From a virus (lineage: Duplodnaviria; Caudoviricetes), in IMG/VR virus record IMGVR_UViG_3300044611_001070, positions 1 through 64,000 of that record: a DNA stretch of 64,000 nucleotides; one strand, 5' to 3'. Below are positions 9,880 through 21,200 of this stretch, in pieces. The translations under genes and the position numbers were made by a program. The notes under the pieces are model-generated. The model did not search any database. It saw only the letters and a list, made by a program, of their open reading frames with translations, and had not been told where the DNA came from. Position 1 is the stretch's first letter; the number at the start of each line of letters is the position of its first letter.

Positions 9880-9943
9880 TAGAAAATTCTTAAAATTATG
9901 TTTTCTATAAAAAAATTCTCAAGGTATTTATTAATAAAAAAGT

Positions 9944-12900
9944 ATGTCGGATAGTACATTATCGTTTGCGTCCTCGTCAAATTTTAGGGATATATTATTG
10001 GCCCGTAATTTACAACCATATTCTGTACCAGGGTCTTATTCTCCTAGTAGTAATAGTGTTAATTACGAGACTAATTTATCTGTTGCAAATGTTATTGACT
10101 CACCAAATGGTTTAATTTCTACAAACCAACTTGCAAATAGTTTATATTCACTCAATGAATATGGGCCTGAAGGTGGTTATGATGGAAAATATTCTGTACC
10201 TGGAGCACCACTACCTGTGGAATCAAATTCAGGACCATATGCACCTACTGATACAGTATTAGATTTAGTTAATGAGTTTTATATTGATGCGGCATACGTA
10301 CAAAACATTTATGGACCTGAAGGTGGTTATAAAGATTTAGTTATTATAACCGATGTAGTTGGTAATCCTAAAATGTATACACCATATTGGGATCCCACAA
10401 CATTTGTAACCTCATCCTATTCTCCATACGAGATAATTTTTAGTGATAATCCAAACGGAAGTAATGGTCCGTTATCTCAAGACACTTATTTGGCAAAAAT
10501 TGGTGCGGCACAACTTAAAAGTTTATTTGAAGAGAGAATTGCAAGTGAAATATTACAAGCAAGTGTTGGTAGTGTTAATTTGGACTCATTACAAGATCCG
10601 TTTAGTGCAAGTATGGTTGCCACAGGTCAACAACCATTCTTTACAAAAAATTGGAGAATTACCGTACCTGAAAACCCAATAACCGCAGCGGTTACATTAG
10701 CGAATAGATTAACGGGAACATATTTCCCTGTGTCATTTATTCCTGGTGATTATTTTGATGAATCGTTTATTGATAATCCACAAACTGAATCGGCATTAAA
10801 TGTTGCAAATAATTTAACGGGCGGATTTTTAGGTCCAATATTAAATAAGTTTAAAAATCCTTCTGAAATATTTGTTGCAAACACAGGTTTTGGACAAAGA
10901 TCGGTATTATTTTCAAGTTTAGATTATAATAAATATAGACCGGCTTATAGTAGAGGTATCATACAAGGTGCAACAACTGCAATTGATAGATTATTTGATA
11001 AAGATAAAGCACAAAGTGGTGGATATTATGTTGGTAGTCCAAATTCCGAACCTTCTCAGATTGACTCTCCCGCAAATCAAGTTCCAATTGGGAAAAATGG
11101 TAGACAAGTACAAACTATTGTTTATGGTCCACAAGAACTTGGTATTCTATATGAAGGTAATGAGGCTCAATTACAATTTGGTTTAAAAGGAAAATCATAC
11201 ACCGATGGTGGTGGTATTGATGGACAATTTATTTGGACATCACCAAAATATAAAGACAATGCAGGATTTAAAGTAGGTCCTGGTGGAGCCGTTACAAGAT
11301 TAGATAATGAATTTGAAACAATTAGAAGTGATTATGGTAGATACCAATCAACGGATATTGATTTCAAAGGTGATTCAATTTTAGATAAGACACAAAGACT
11401 TATTAATTCTGCGGATCAAGTACAAGGACAAGCAAGGTTAAAACACGTTGGTAATGCAATTAACCAAGTATCTAAGGTATTCAATGATGGATATAAAGAG
11501 ATGACAAAGGGTTCTATGGTATTATCTTATACTGATCAAGCCGATGGGTCTCAAGCGGGAATAGAGTACTGTAGAGTGTTCCAAAAGGACACACCTTACT
11601 TTACATATGCTGACTTACAAAAGAGCGATGGTATTACAACTGAAGGTAGAAAATTCTCGTATTCAGTTTTAGATAAGACATATAATCTTAACATTGCTCC
11701 ACTTAAGAATCCGGGATCAACAAATATTGTAGATAACAAAGTTAAAAAATATATGTTCTCTATTGAGAATTTAGCGTGGAGAACTTCAGATAGACCTGGA
11801 TTTACTTATGATGATTTACCTGTTTGTGAAAAAGGACCAAATGGGGGTAGAGTCATGTGGTTTCCACCATATGATATTTCATTTAGTGATGATAGTACAC
11901 CTGATTTTGCGCCAACCAATTTCTTGGGTAGACCCGAACCAATATACACTTATAAGAACACTTCAAGAAAAGGTAGTATAAGTTGGAAGATTGTTGTGGA
12001 TCATCCGGCAATCATGAATACTATTATTCAGAAACAATTAGCTGGTGTTGCAAAAGAAAGAGTGGATTCAATTGTTGAATCATTTTTTGCGGGATGTACA
12101 AAATATGATATGTATGAATTGGGCATTAAATTTAATACGATACCAACAAGAGATTTGTTCACATATCAACAAATATTAAATAACCCAAGATTAACCAATG
12201 AAGAGTTGGGTCAGGTTGCGTTTGAAATACCTGTTGATTCTAAGTTAGATACCACAGGTAATGCGGAAAATGCTACCAAACAAGGTGATGGTGTAGGAAG
12301 TACTAGTACGGTAAAAAATGCAACATCTTTAGTTGATGGTAGTGCTGAATTAAAAGAATTTTTAAATTACGCCTTTTATTTTCATAATGATTGTCCTGAG
12401 TGTAAAAGTTCATATGCTGTAACATCATCAAAACCATTTGATAGTTGGTATGAACAATATATTGCATTACAATCTACAAAATATGTGCAAAGAGCACCAA
12501 CAATAGTTTATCTTGGAGACGAGACGTATACAAGTGAAGGAGTACAAACATTTTTTAATAATGTTATTAAACCTAATTTTGAAAAATTAAAAGGTGATTT
12601 CTTAAAAAAATTAAAAGAAATTTTAATAGACAAAGAGGGTTCAGTTGAATTAACATTTGAAGGATCAGCATCCGCACCGGCAACTACAGGATATAATGTT
12701 AATTTATCAAAAAGAAGGGTTGATACCGTATTAAAATGGTTTAAAAATCAAACAATAGGAGACAAAAAACTAAGTGATTTTATTACTAGTAAAAAACTAG
12801 TGATAAATATGGTAACAAAGGGTGAAATTCAAGTTGTAACCGTTGATGCAAAAAATGGTGGTAATGGACTAACAATTAATTGTACTACTAATATAAAATT

Positions 12901-14968
12901 AAAAAAGGGTACAGTTACGGCTGGTGATGATGCTGGCGAAGCTAGCGACTCTTTTGCCCAAGTGTATTCTGTACCTGCAATGGCTTGTAGGAGAGTTTCA
13001 TTATCTGATGTTAAAGTGATGGTTCCACCTGAAAAACCATCTGAAACAACTACCACAACAACAACTAATAAAGGTGGTGGAGGTGACGGAACTAACACAT
13101 TTAAACCTGGTGATCCATCTAAAACAATCAAACCATCACCTAATTTAAGGATTGAACAAAAAATTAAAGAAGGTATATCTAAAAAAATATTAAGATTTTT
13201 ATTCTCAGAATGTGATTACTTTGAGGTTATTAAGGAAAGTGATCCTATGATATATGATAGTATCAAACAAAAGATTAAGTACTTTAATCCTGCGTTCCAC
13301 TCAACAACACCTGAGGGATTAAATGCAAGATTGACATTCTTAAATCAATGTGTGAGACCTGGTCAAACAATTCCTGTAATTGGGCCTGATGGTAGACCAA
13401 AATATAATGACGCATTAAACACATCGTTTGGATCACCTCCGATTTTGATTTTAAGAATGGGTGACTTTTATAATAGTAAGATTGTACCAACTAATTTAGG
13501 TATAGCATATGATCCTATTACATTTGATTTAAACCCTGAAGGTATTGGTGTACAACCAATGATTGCTAAAATAACATTAGGATTTAACTTTATTGGTGGT
13601 CATGGACTTAAGGAACCTGTTGAAGAATTACAAAATGCATTATCGTTTAACTATTATGCAAATACTGAAATATATGACGAAAGAGCAACGGCAACTGAAA
13701 GTACTGAAGCAAGAGACAAATACATGGTTGAAAAGATATTATCTAACCAACCAAAGGTAACAACCGCCAGTGTTGTAAATCAAATACCAAAAAGAGGTGG
13801 AGAAGCAATTGGAACAATATCGGGTGAAACGGATATTGATTACACTAAATTTGTAAATGACTATTGGAATAGTACTAAAGAATATTTTGACGCTTATATC
13901 AATACAAACGCAACAATTGGTAAAAACTATAACATAGGTATAGTTGATTTATTATTTACAGAAAGAAATTACTCTACAGGTACTGCAGAATTTACACCTG
14001 AAATTGAAGTTCCAATTTATGGTAAACCAAGTAATGTTGAAGACAAATTGGATAAATTATTTGATAAAGTTAATGGGGATATTTCAGGTAGAAATGATCC
14101 ATTTATGCAATCAGTTGTTATAGGTGGTCAAACTATTACTAATAGCGATAAAAGAGAAATTGAAAATAAATTAAAAGAGTATGTGTCAGGAATTAAAACG
14201 GATTTTATTACAAATGTTAGTAATAGTGTAAACGATTTAGTTTTATTACAACAGGACTATATTCAATATATAAGAAAGGCAAACTTGGTACTATCAAAAA
14301 CTGACGGAATAATGAATTCAAATAATGAACCTGATGTATATGATATTTCAGGAGATACGTTTACTCAATTACAGACATATTTGAAAAAAATAACGGATAA
14401 ACATAAGGAATTTTATCTTGTAAAGGAAGGAATAGTTGAGGCACAGGAATGTTTATATTTAAATGAGGAACATTATAAAAAATCATCTTCAACTTTTACA
14501 GATGATAGAGGTTGTGATTATTTTAGTTCTTGTAATGAGAAACAAAGTAACTCTCAAGATAATAGAGACTATCTAATGTTTAGTGACCCAAATAATAGAT
14601 TTTATCAAGTGATGGCAAATATATTTAATGATGATAATAGTAAAAACGAATTAAAAACATTTATCTTAAATGGTCAATATAGTAATATATTACTTGTTAC
14701 GGAAGTTGTTGATAAAGCAATTTTAAGTTGTTCAAATAATTTTAACGCATACACTAAACTTAATAAAGATAGTTATGATAAAATAAAGACGACGCCAGTG
14801 TATAAAACTTTAATGATTCCTCCAATAGAAGATACTGTTAAGTTTGGGTTAACGTATACAAAAGTTAGTGGTACATCACAACAAAAAAAGAATATAAAAG
14901 AATTGTATTCAAATGTTAATGTGGATAATAAAGAAAAAACCTTTGATGGTAAAATTAAATTTAATTAA
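9944..14968 (+). CDS. large baseplate/tube-initiator protein with an internal OmpA-like domain
   Basis: FPPYDISFSD..FLGRPEPIYTYKNTSR and PPILILRMGDFY..I..L...YD resemble tube-initiator (gp48/gp54-type) segments. FYF.ND..GSAS...YN.NLSKRR...RRV is OmpA_C-like. Confidence 0.6.
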   Translation: MSDSTLSFASSSNFRDILLARNLQPYSVPGSYSPSSNSVNYETNLSVANVIDSPNGLISTNQLANSLYSLNEYGPEGGYDGKYSVPGAPLPVESNSGPYAPTDTVLDLVNEFYIDAAYVQNIYGPEGGYKDLVIITDVVGNPKMYTPYWDPTTFVTSSYSPYEIIFSDNPNGSNGPLSQDTYLAKIGAAQLKSLFEERIASEILQASVGSVNLDSLQDPFSASMVATGQQPFFTKNWRITVPENPITAAVTLANRLTGTYFPVSFIPGDYFDESFIDNPQTESALNVANNLTGGFLGPILNKFKNPSEIFVANTGFGQRSVLFSSLDYNKYRPAYSRGIIQGATTAIDRLFDKDKAQSGGYYVGSPNSEPSQIDSPANQVPIGKNGRQVQTIVYGPQELGILYEGNEAQLQFGLKGKSYTDGGGIDGQFIWTSPKYKDNAGFKVGPGGAVTRLDNEFETIRSDYGRYQSTDIDFKGDSILDKTQRLINSADQVQGQARLKHVGNAINQVSKVFNDGYKEMTKGSMVLSYTDQADGSQAGIEYCRVFQKDTPYFTYADLQKSDGITTEGRKFSYSVLDKTYNLNIAPLKNPGSTNIVDNKVKKYMFSIENLAWRTSDRPGFTYDDLPVCEKGPNGGRVMWFPPYDISFSDDSTPDFAPTNFLGRPEPIYTYKNTSRKGSISWKIVVDHPAIMNTIIQKQLAGVAKERVDSIVESFFAGCTKYDMYELGIKFNTIPTRDLFTYQQILNNPRLTNEELGQVAFEIPVDSKLDTTGNAENATKQGDGVGSTSTVKNATSLVDGSAELKEFLNYAFYFHNDCPECKSSYAVTSSKPFDSWYEQYIALQSTKYVQRAPTIVYLGDETYTSEGVQTFFNNVIKPNFEKLKGDFLKKLKEILIDKEGSVELTFEGSASAPATTGYNVNLSKRRVDTVLKWFKNQTIGDKKLSDFITSKKLVINMVTKGEIQVVTVDAKNGGNGLTINCTTNIKLKKGTVTAGDDAGEASDSFAQVYSVPAMACRRVSLSDVKVMVPPEKPSETTTTTTTNKGGGGDGTNTFKPGDPSKTIKPSPNLRIEQKIKEGISKKILRFLFSECDYFEVIKESDPMIYDSIKQKIKYFNPAFHSTTPEGLNARLTFLNQCVRPGQTIPVIGPDGRPKYNDALNTSFGSPPILILRMGDFYNSKIVPTNLGIAYDPITFDLNPEGIGVQPMIAKITLGFNFIGGHGLKEPVEELQNALSFNYYANTEIYDERATATESTEARDKYMVEKILSNQPKVTTASVVNQIPKRGGEAIGTISGETDIDYTKFVNDYWNSTKEYFDAYINTNATIGKNYNIGIVDLLFTERNYSTGTAEFTPEIEVPIYGKPSNVEDKLDKLFDKVNGDISGRNDPFMQSVVIGGQTITNSDKREIENKLKEYVSGIKTDFITNVSNSVNDLVLLQQDYIQYIRKANLVLSKTDGIMNSNNEPDVYDISGDTFTQLQTYLKKITDKHKEFYLVKEGIVEAQECLYLNEEHYKKSSSTFTDDRGCDYFSSCNEKQSNSQDNRDYLMFSDPNNRFYQVMANIFNDDNSKNELKTFILNGQYSNILLVTEVVDKAILSCSNNFNAYTKLNKDSYDKIKTTPVYKTLMIPPIEDTVKFGLTYTKVSGTSQQKKNIKELYSNVNVDNKEKTFDGKIKFN

Positions 14969-14970
14969 AA

Positions 14971-15294
14971 ATGAATTTCCAATATTATAACAGATATAAT
15001 GAGTTTTTAATAAATGGACAACAAACCGTTGTACCATACATAAATTTACCTGCAAAAACATCAGATAAAAATTTCATATATAAAGTTGGTCAATCAAGGT
15101 TAGATAAGGTATCATTCCAATTTTATAATACACCATATTTTGGTTGGTTAGTACAAATGGCAAACCCCCAATATAGTGGTATGGAATCAAACATACCCGA
15201 TGGGGCAATTTTAACAATACCATATCCGCTTGTTAAGTCATTACAGGATTATAAAAACGAATTAGAAAATTATTACTTCTATTATGGTAGATAA
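14971..15294 (+). CDS. LysM-like baseplate protein (gp53/tail X-like)
   Basis: RLDKVSFQFYNTPYFGWLVQMANP..IPDGAILTIP. Confidence 0.8.
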   Translation: MNFQYYNRYNEFLINGQQTVVPYINLPAKTSDKNFIYKVGQSRLDKVSFQFYNTPYFGWLVQMANPQYSGMESNIPDGAILTIPYPLVKSLQDYKNELENYYFYYGR

Positions 15295-18200
15295 AGGTGA
15301 AAATATATTAGTGGAATTTGATTACGATAACATTACCTTAATAGACCCAAATAAAATTGTAGATAGTGAAGGTAAAGTTAGTGATAGATTAGTTAAACAT
15401 GAAAACCTTGTGTTTTATGCAAATCTTGAATGTAATGTATTACCAAGAACTAAATTAGCCTTGGGGTCGGCATTGAATGATTCCATTAGAACTGTTTCGG
15501 TGGGTAAGATTAATTTCTTAAATCCTGGAAACAAAACGTTCATGGATAACAGATATACCGATGAGATTACGGGTAAAGGATCCGTACAGGGTCAAGGGGT
15601 AAACCAACCAAAATTAAATGCAGTTCAAAACCCAAACAAATCTGATGATTTTTACCTTACACAGAGTACGTATTCAAACGGAACTCCTGGTGCGGTTGAT
15701 AATGGTTTATTGGGTATTACTGATATACAGGTTGCAATTGACACAAGTTTCTTACCTACCGTAACGGTTTCCTTAGTAGATGTTAAAGGAAGGGCGTTAT
15801 TTGAAGGTGGAAACAATTCACCTTATTCTGCGTTTTTTCAATTACCATACCCAATGTTTTATTTAACATTAAAGGGATATTACGGTAAGGCAGTTAGATT
15901 ACCATTAATGTTACAATCTTTCACGTCAAACTTTGATAATTCATCAGGTAACTTTAAGATTACATTGAAGTTTTTTGGTTATAAGTATACTGTGATGTCT
16001 TATGTGAATTGGGGAGCTATGATGGCGGTACCACATATGTATAATAATTTTGTTTCAACCACACAGGCAAGTACGAATACTACCACAGGATCTAATCTTG
16101 AGGCGGTTACACAAAAACCTATTAGTAGAGGTTATCAAAAAATGAAAGAATTATATTCTGAATATAAATCAAAAGGTTTAATTGATGATGATTTTCCTGA
16201 GATAACAATTACACAATTAAAAGCTCGTTTAGATAGATTTATTAATAATATATTAGAAAAATTCACCAAAGAAAATTTGGGATCAATAACAGAATTAGAT
16301 AATTTTCAAACTCAGTTAACAGAATTTCAGAAAAAAGTATTTTTCTATGGTGATTCATGGTTTGAAACATACATGGATAAAAAAAATTCATATAGTTTAA
16401 AAGACACTAAGGAAGTTGTTTATACGTATAAGAAAGACTATTCGGATCCTAACAAACAAGCTGAGGCTGAAACTAAATTAGCTGGTATTTTTACTGAATA
16501 CCAAAAATTACTTGAAAGTAATAGTGTTGCAGGAAAAAATGGTAGTTATACTGTTGGTGGTAAAATCACAAAAAGTGAAGTACCTGTAAATGCAACTGTA
16601 GAAAAATGTTATGCAAAAATTAATCCACTTACGGATATTGATTTTGCAAAAACATATGAAGAAAGAACAGGTAAACCTTCAAAGACACAAACTGAATTAG
16701 ATACGTTCATTGCGACTAACTCAATTGCACCTGGAACTAAATTCTTTGTATTTGAGGGTACTGATCACTTTATTGATATAACAGAAAAGGCGGCCAAAGA
16801 ATCGTCAAAACTTAGAAGAGAAATTGAAGAAAAAATTACCGATAATCTTAATGAACAATTAAGTAAAGACACTGGTGTTGGGTTTAAACCATCTATTAGA
16901 AACGTATTAGCGGTTTTCTTTGCACAAGGCGAAGCGTTTATTCGTTTAATGGATGATGTCCATTCTAAAGCTTGGGATTTAAGAGAAAATAAATACAGAC
17001 GACAAGCAATTTTTGGTAGTAATAGTAGTGCATTGAGTGTGGATGTTAAATCCTCTACCCAAAATAATGAACCAATTTATCCGTGGCCTCAAGTTATTAA
17101 GGAAACTTTAGGTGATGATAAACAAGAAAAATTTGAAATTGTTTATCCGGGAGACAAATCAATTTCTACTATGACAAAGGCGTATATTCCTGAAATATGG
17201 CCTGAAGTTGAATTTGTTGAAGAATTTATTAAAGGTTATACTGATAGGGTACCTAAAAATCCTGATTATGGTGATGAGTCTAATGTGGTTACAAGACCAA
17301 ATAGATTAAGTTTAAATGCTCTTGATTTCCCTGTGACAAATGAGGTATTTCAGAACAAAGAAGAAATAAAATTCTTTTATGAAATTTATGAAAGAATTAT
17401 GGTTAACACTTATTATTCTAAATTAAATAGACAATCGGGGTATGACGCAAGTATTTTTATGGTTGAGGCGGAAGACGAAAAGATTAATATACTTAAGAGT
17501 TTAGGTGATGATAATCCATTTTTAACTCAAAAACTAAAACGATACTTAATTGATCAAAATAATTTCTTAACATTTTTAAGACACATTTCAAATCAAGGAC
17601 AAGGTGAAAGTTGGCAAAAATTCATAAGAGGAGAATTTACAATAAATTACCTTAAGAATAAAACTAACGTACCTTTTGAATTATTTAATCAACAAATTCT
17701 AACAAATGAAAGATCACAACCAAATGTTTCATTAACTGATGAATCAAAAATAATAGATTACATAGGAAATCAAACTTCTAGTAATGAATTTGATTTTTCT
17801 GATATGTATCCTATTACTAATTTTAATTGGTGTAAGAATTATCTTGCGGATGGGGAAGCACTTCAAAATGTTAATTTAGCATATAATACTAAAGACGTAT
17901 TATCGTACAATACAACACATAAAACAATTTGTAATTTTAATAACGACGATACTAACGATAAGAAAAGACCTATAACTAACTTTAATTATAAGGCCGACGT
18001 ATTTAGTCAAAATATTAATACTTCTAATTTCAAAACATTCTATAATAATAGAAAAATTGAAGAACAGTTTACAACTGAAGGGAATTTAAATTATTCTAAT
18101 TACGACGGGTTCTTAACGGAAACTCAAACCACTTCAATATTGAATACACCTTATTTTATAAATGCAATTCAAAATGGTGTATATAATTTTAGATATAAAC

Positions 18201-21200
18201 CAAATGATTTATCATCGTACAAACAAGCCGCATATCTATTCTTGAATAGTTTACCACTAGCAAGTCTTAGAGAAAAATATAGATCATATAACGAACCTAA
18301 TGATTTAAGTTATATATTATCAACCATTAAAAAATTTGGAGCGGTACATAAATTACCATACGCTTGGGTTGTTAAATATGGTTCCATATGGCATAGATAT
18401 AAAACTTGGAATGATACTGGTGTAGATATATTAGATGAGGTTTGGAAAGATTTTGATTATTTAGGTAATTATGATCCTGTAACCTCGGCATCAACAAAAG
18501 TTTATTCTTTGAATATTGAAGGATTCCAAAACAATATAGTTTTAGAAAATACGGTAAATTCAACACCAAACTTAGTTGCATATAATTCAACAACTATGAA
18601 TACAGGATTTTTTCCTAAGTTGTATGATGATATGAATGTATTCTTACAAGGATTACAATTATTTTCGGGGACAACACAATTAAATGGTACTTGTAGTATT
18701 GTTGGAACAACATTAGACGTTTATACTATTAATGATAATAACTTGGCTCCTGGCGAAGTATTAGCCGGACCAACAATAGATGCTAATACAACTATTGTAT
18801 CCCAAATAAATGGTACAACAGGAGGTGTTGGTAAATATACTGTTGATATATCTCAAAATACATCAATATTAAATGGTACTTGTAATGTTAATTTAACAAC
18901 AATGGACGTTTTAACGTTTAGTGGTGGTACATTATCTGCTGGACAAATTATTTCAGGACCAAATCTTGCTCTTGGAACTAAAATTGTTAGTCAAGTGAGT
19001 GGTACTACAGGAGGTGTTGGACAATATGTTGTTGATATATCTCAAACACTTACAGGAGAAAACTTTACTGTGGTTACACCAAACATTTTTTATGTTACTA
19101 ATTCATCAACAGGTGGATATTCACAAACTGAAATCCAAACATTAATTAATGATGGTAAAATGGTGATGACAACAAACGAAGGTGGTAAAATTATTGAAAC
19201 AAGTGGTTTTGATCCTAACGATAATGATAGATCATTAAAAATAACGCCTTGGTCAACAATTGTTAAAACAACTGAAGGTGATAAATATTTTATAATGCCG
19301 TCTTTTGGTTACACAAAAAATCAAACAAAAGAGGAGTGTTTTAAAAATAACAAAATGAAAATAGAGGCTTCTAGTAATCCTGCGGTCTTTAACGGATCTG
19401 TTAGATTATTTTGGGGATCACCAAACTATGGTTATTTTGATAATACTAAAATTACAAAACCAAATCCTGATTCATATTTGAAAGAAATATTGTCGGATAA
19501 AAAAACACAACAGAATTTTTCATTGAATGGTGATATTACAAAATACGATAAAATATCGGAAATGTTTACAACATTTGATACGGAAATATTAGATTACTTT
19601 GAACAAGAGTTTTTAAATTTTAGTAGATCAATTTACGATTTTAAGACATTGGTTCCAAGTGATAAAGATGTTGAAACTGAATCGGAAAGATCATACAAGA
19701 ACTTTCAATTATTAATGAGAGAATTATTAGTTGTTGAAAAACCATCAACTCTTAATTCTGAGGGGATGATTAATTCTGTTATTGAAAAACAAAAAACAAC
19801 ATTTCAAGGAATACTAACTAATTTTTTAGAATATAATGTTGTATTAAAAATGGGTAATCCATCTATGTTTGATAGAAGAACATTTTTAACATTCTCTACT
19901 AAATTCTTAATTGATCCTGTGTCATATCAAGGGTATAGTCAAGGAACATCAGGAAGTTTACCATCAAACGGTGGAACTATTACATTGGCTCAATCTAAAA
20001 TTGCAAACCCTGAAACATGGAAAACTTTAGAGAAATATGTTGGGTTTTCAGAAATACCTGAGTTAGTTTATTCCGATAATGGATCATATATAACAGATTT
20101 CTTTATTGATTTGAATGTACAATTTACTGAAAAAAATATTAAAGATTTTGCTCCGTTGATTATGTTATATGCAACACAAAAACTTAATAATTTTGAAGTC
20201 CCAACAAATAATGTTTTTATCCCAAATCCCGTTCCGACACCCGCACCAAGTCCTCAAACACCTGGTGATTTATTAATGGTTGTAACACTTAAAGATACTA
20301 AAACAATTTCTGTGTATAAATTTGGACCACAAAAATATGGTGTTTATAAAGATGCTTCAGGAACAATTTTATATACTGGTCCGTCACTTAGTGCGTTTCA
20401 ATATCCATTAAATATTACGGTGGTTAATGAAATTATTATAAGTCAATATTCTACGGGTTTAGCATCAACACCTAATGACCCACAATTTATTATTAGTATT
20501 GTTAATGTAACTCCTTCACAAGTAACAACAACTACCACCACACTTCCTATTGTTCAAAATTTAGGTAATAGTTTAGGTGGTGTTAAGTTTTATGGACTTA
20601 TGGATGAATACCTTGATAAATCTGAAATTTATTTAAAAAATGTTATTTCTAATTTAATGACAGGAGTGAGAGCTGGTTTACCAAATATTACAATAGAGGG
20701 TGATAAAGGTAATAAGTCACAACTTGAGGGAGAACAAACAAGAGTTGAGATATGGGAAACATTCAAAGCGTTTAATGATACTTGGGTTGCCGGTGGTGAT
20801 TTTAAATCAAAAACAATGTTTGAAGATGTTTTATTATTTGATAGGGCAAGTAGAGACGTTGGACAAAAAGTTTATGTTGATATCTTTAAAATTAAAGATT
20901 TAATTGAAGGTTCATTATATAAAAATAATATGTTGGATATTGTATCAACAATTTTAACTCAAAATAATTTTACTTATTTCCCATTACCTGCTTATGCTAA
21001 TTTCTATAACGCACAAGATGCTGAAAAAAATCCTGTACCAAGAAGTGAAGGATCAACTGAATTTGCTAACTCATTTTGGGGTACGTTCTTAAATGTGGAC
21101 TACAGAAACACATCACCTAAGTTTTTATGTTATTACGCAAACAAACCTAGCCAGTATGTGGATATGAAGGATAATGTTGATTATAGATTTAGAGATGACG

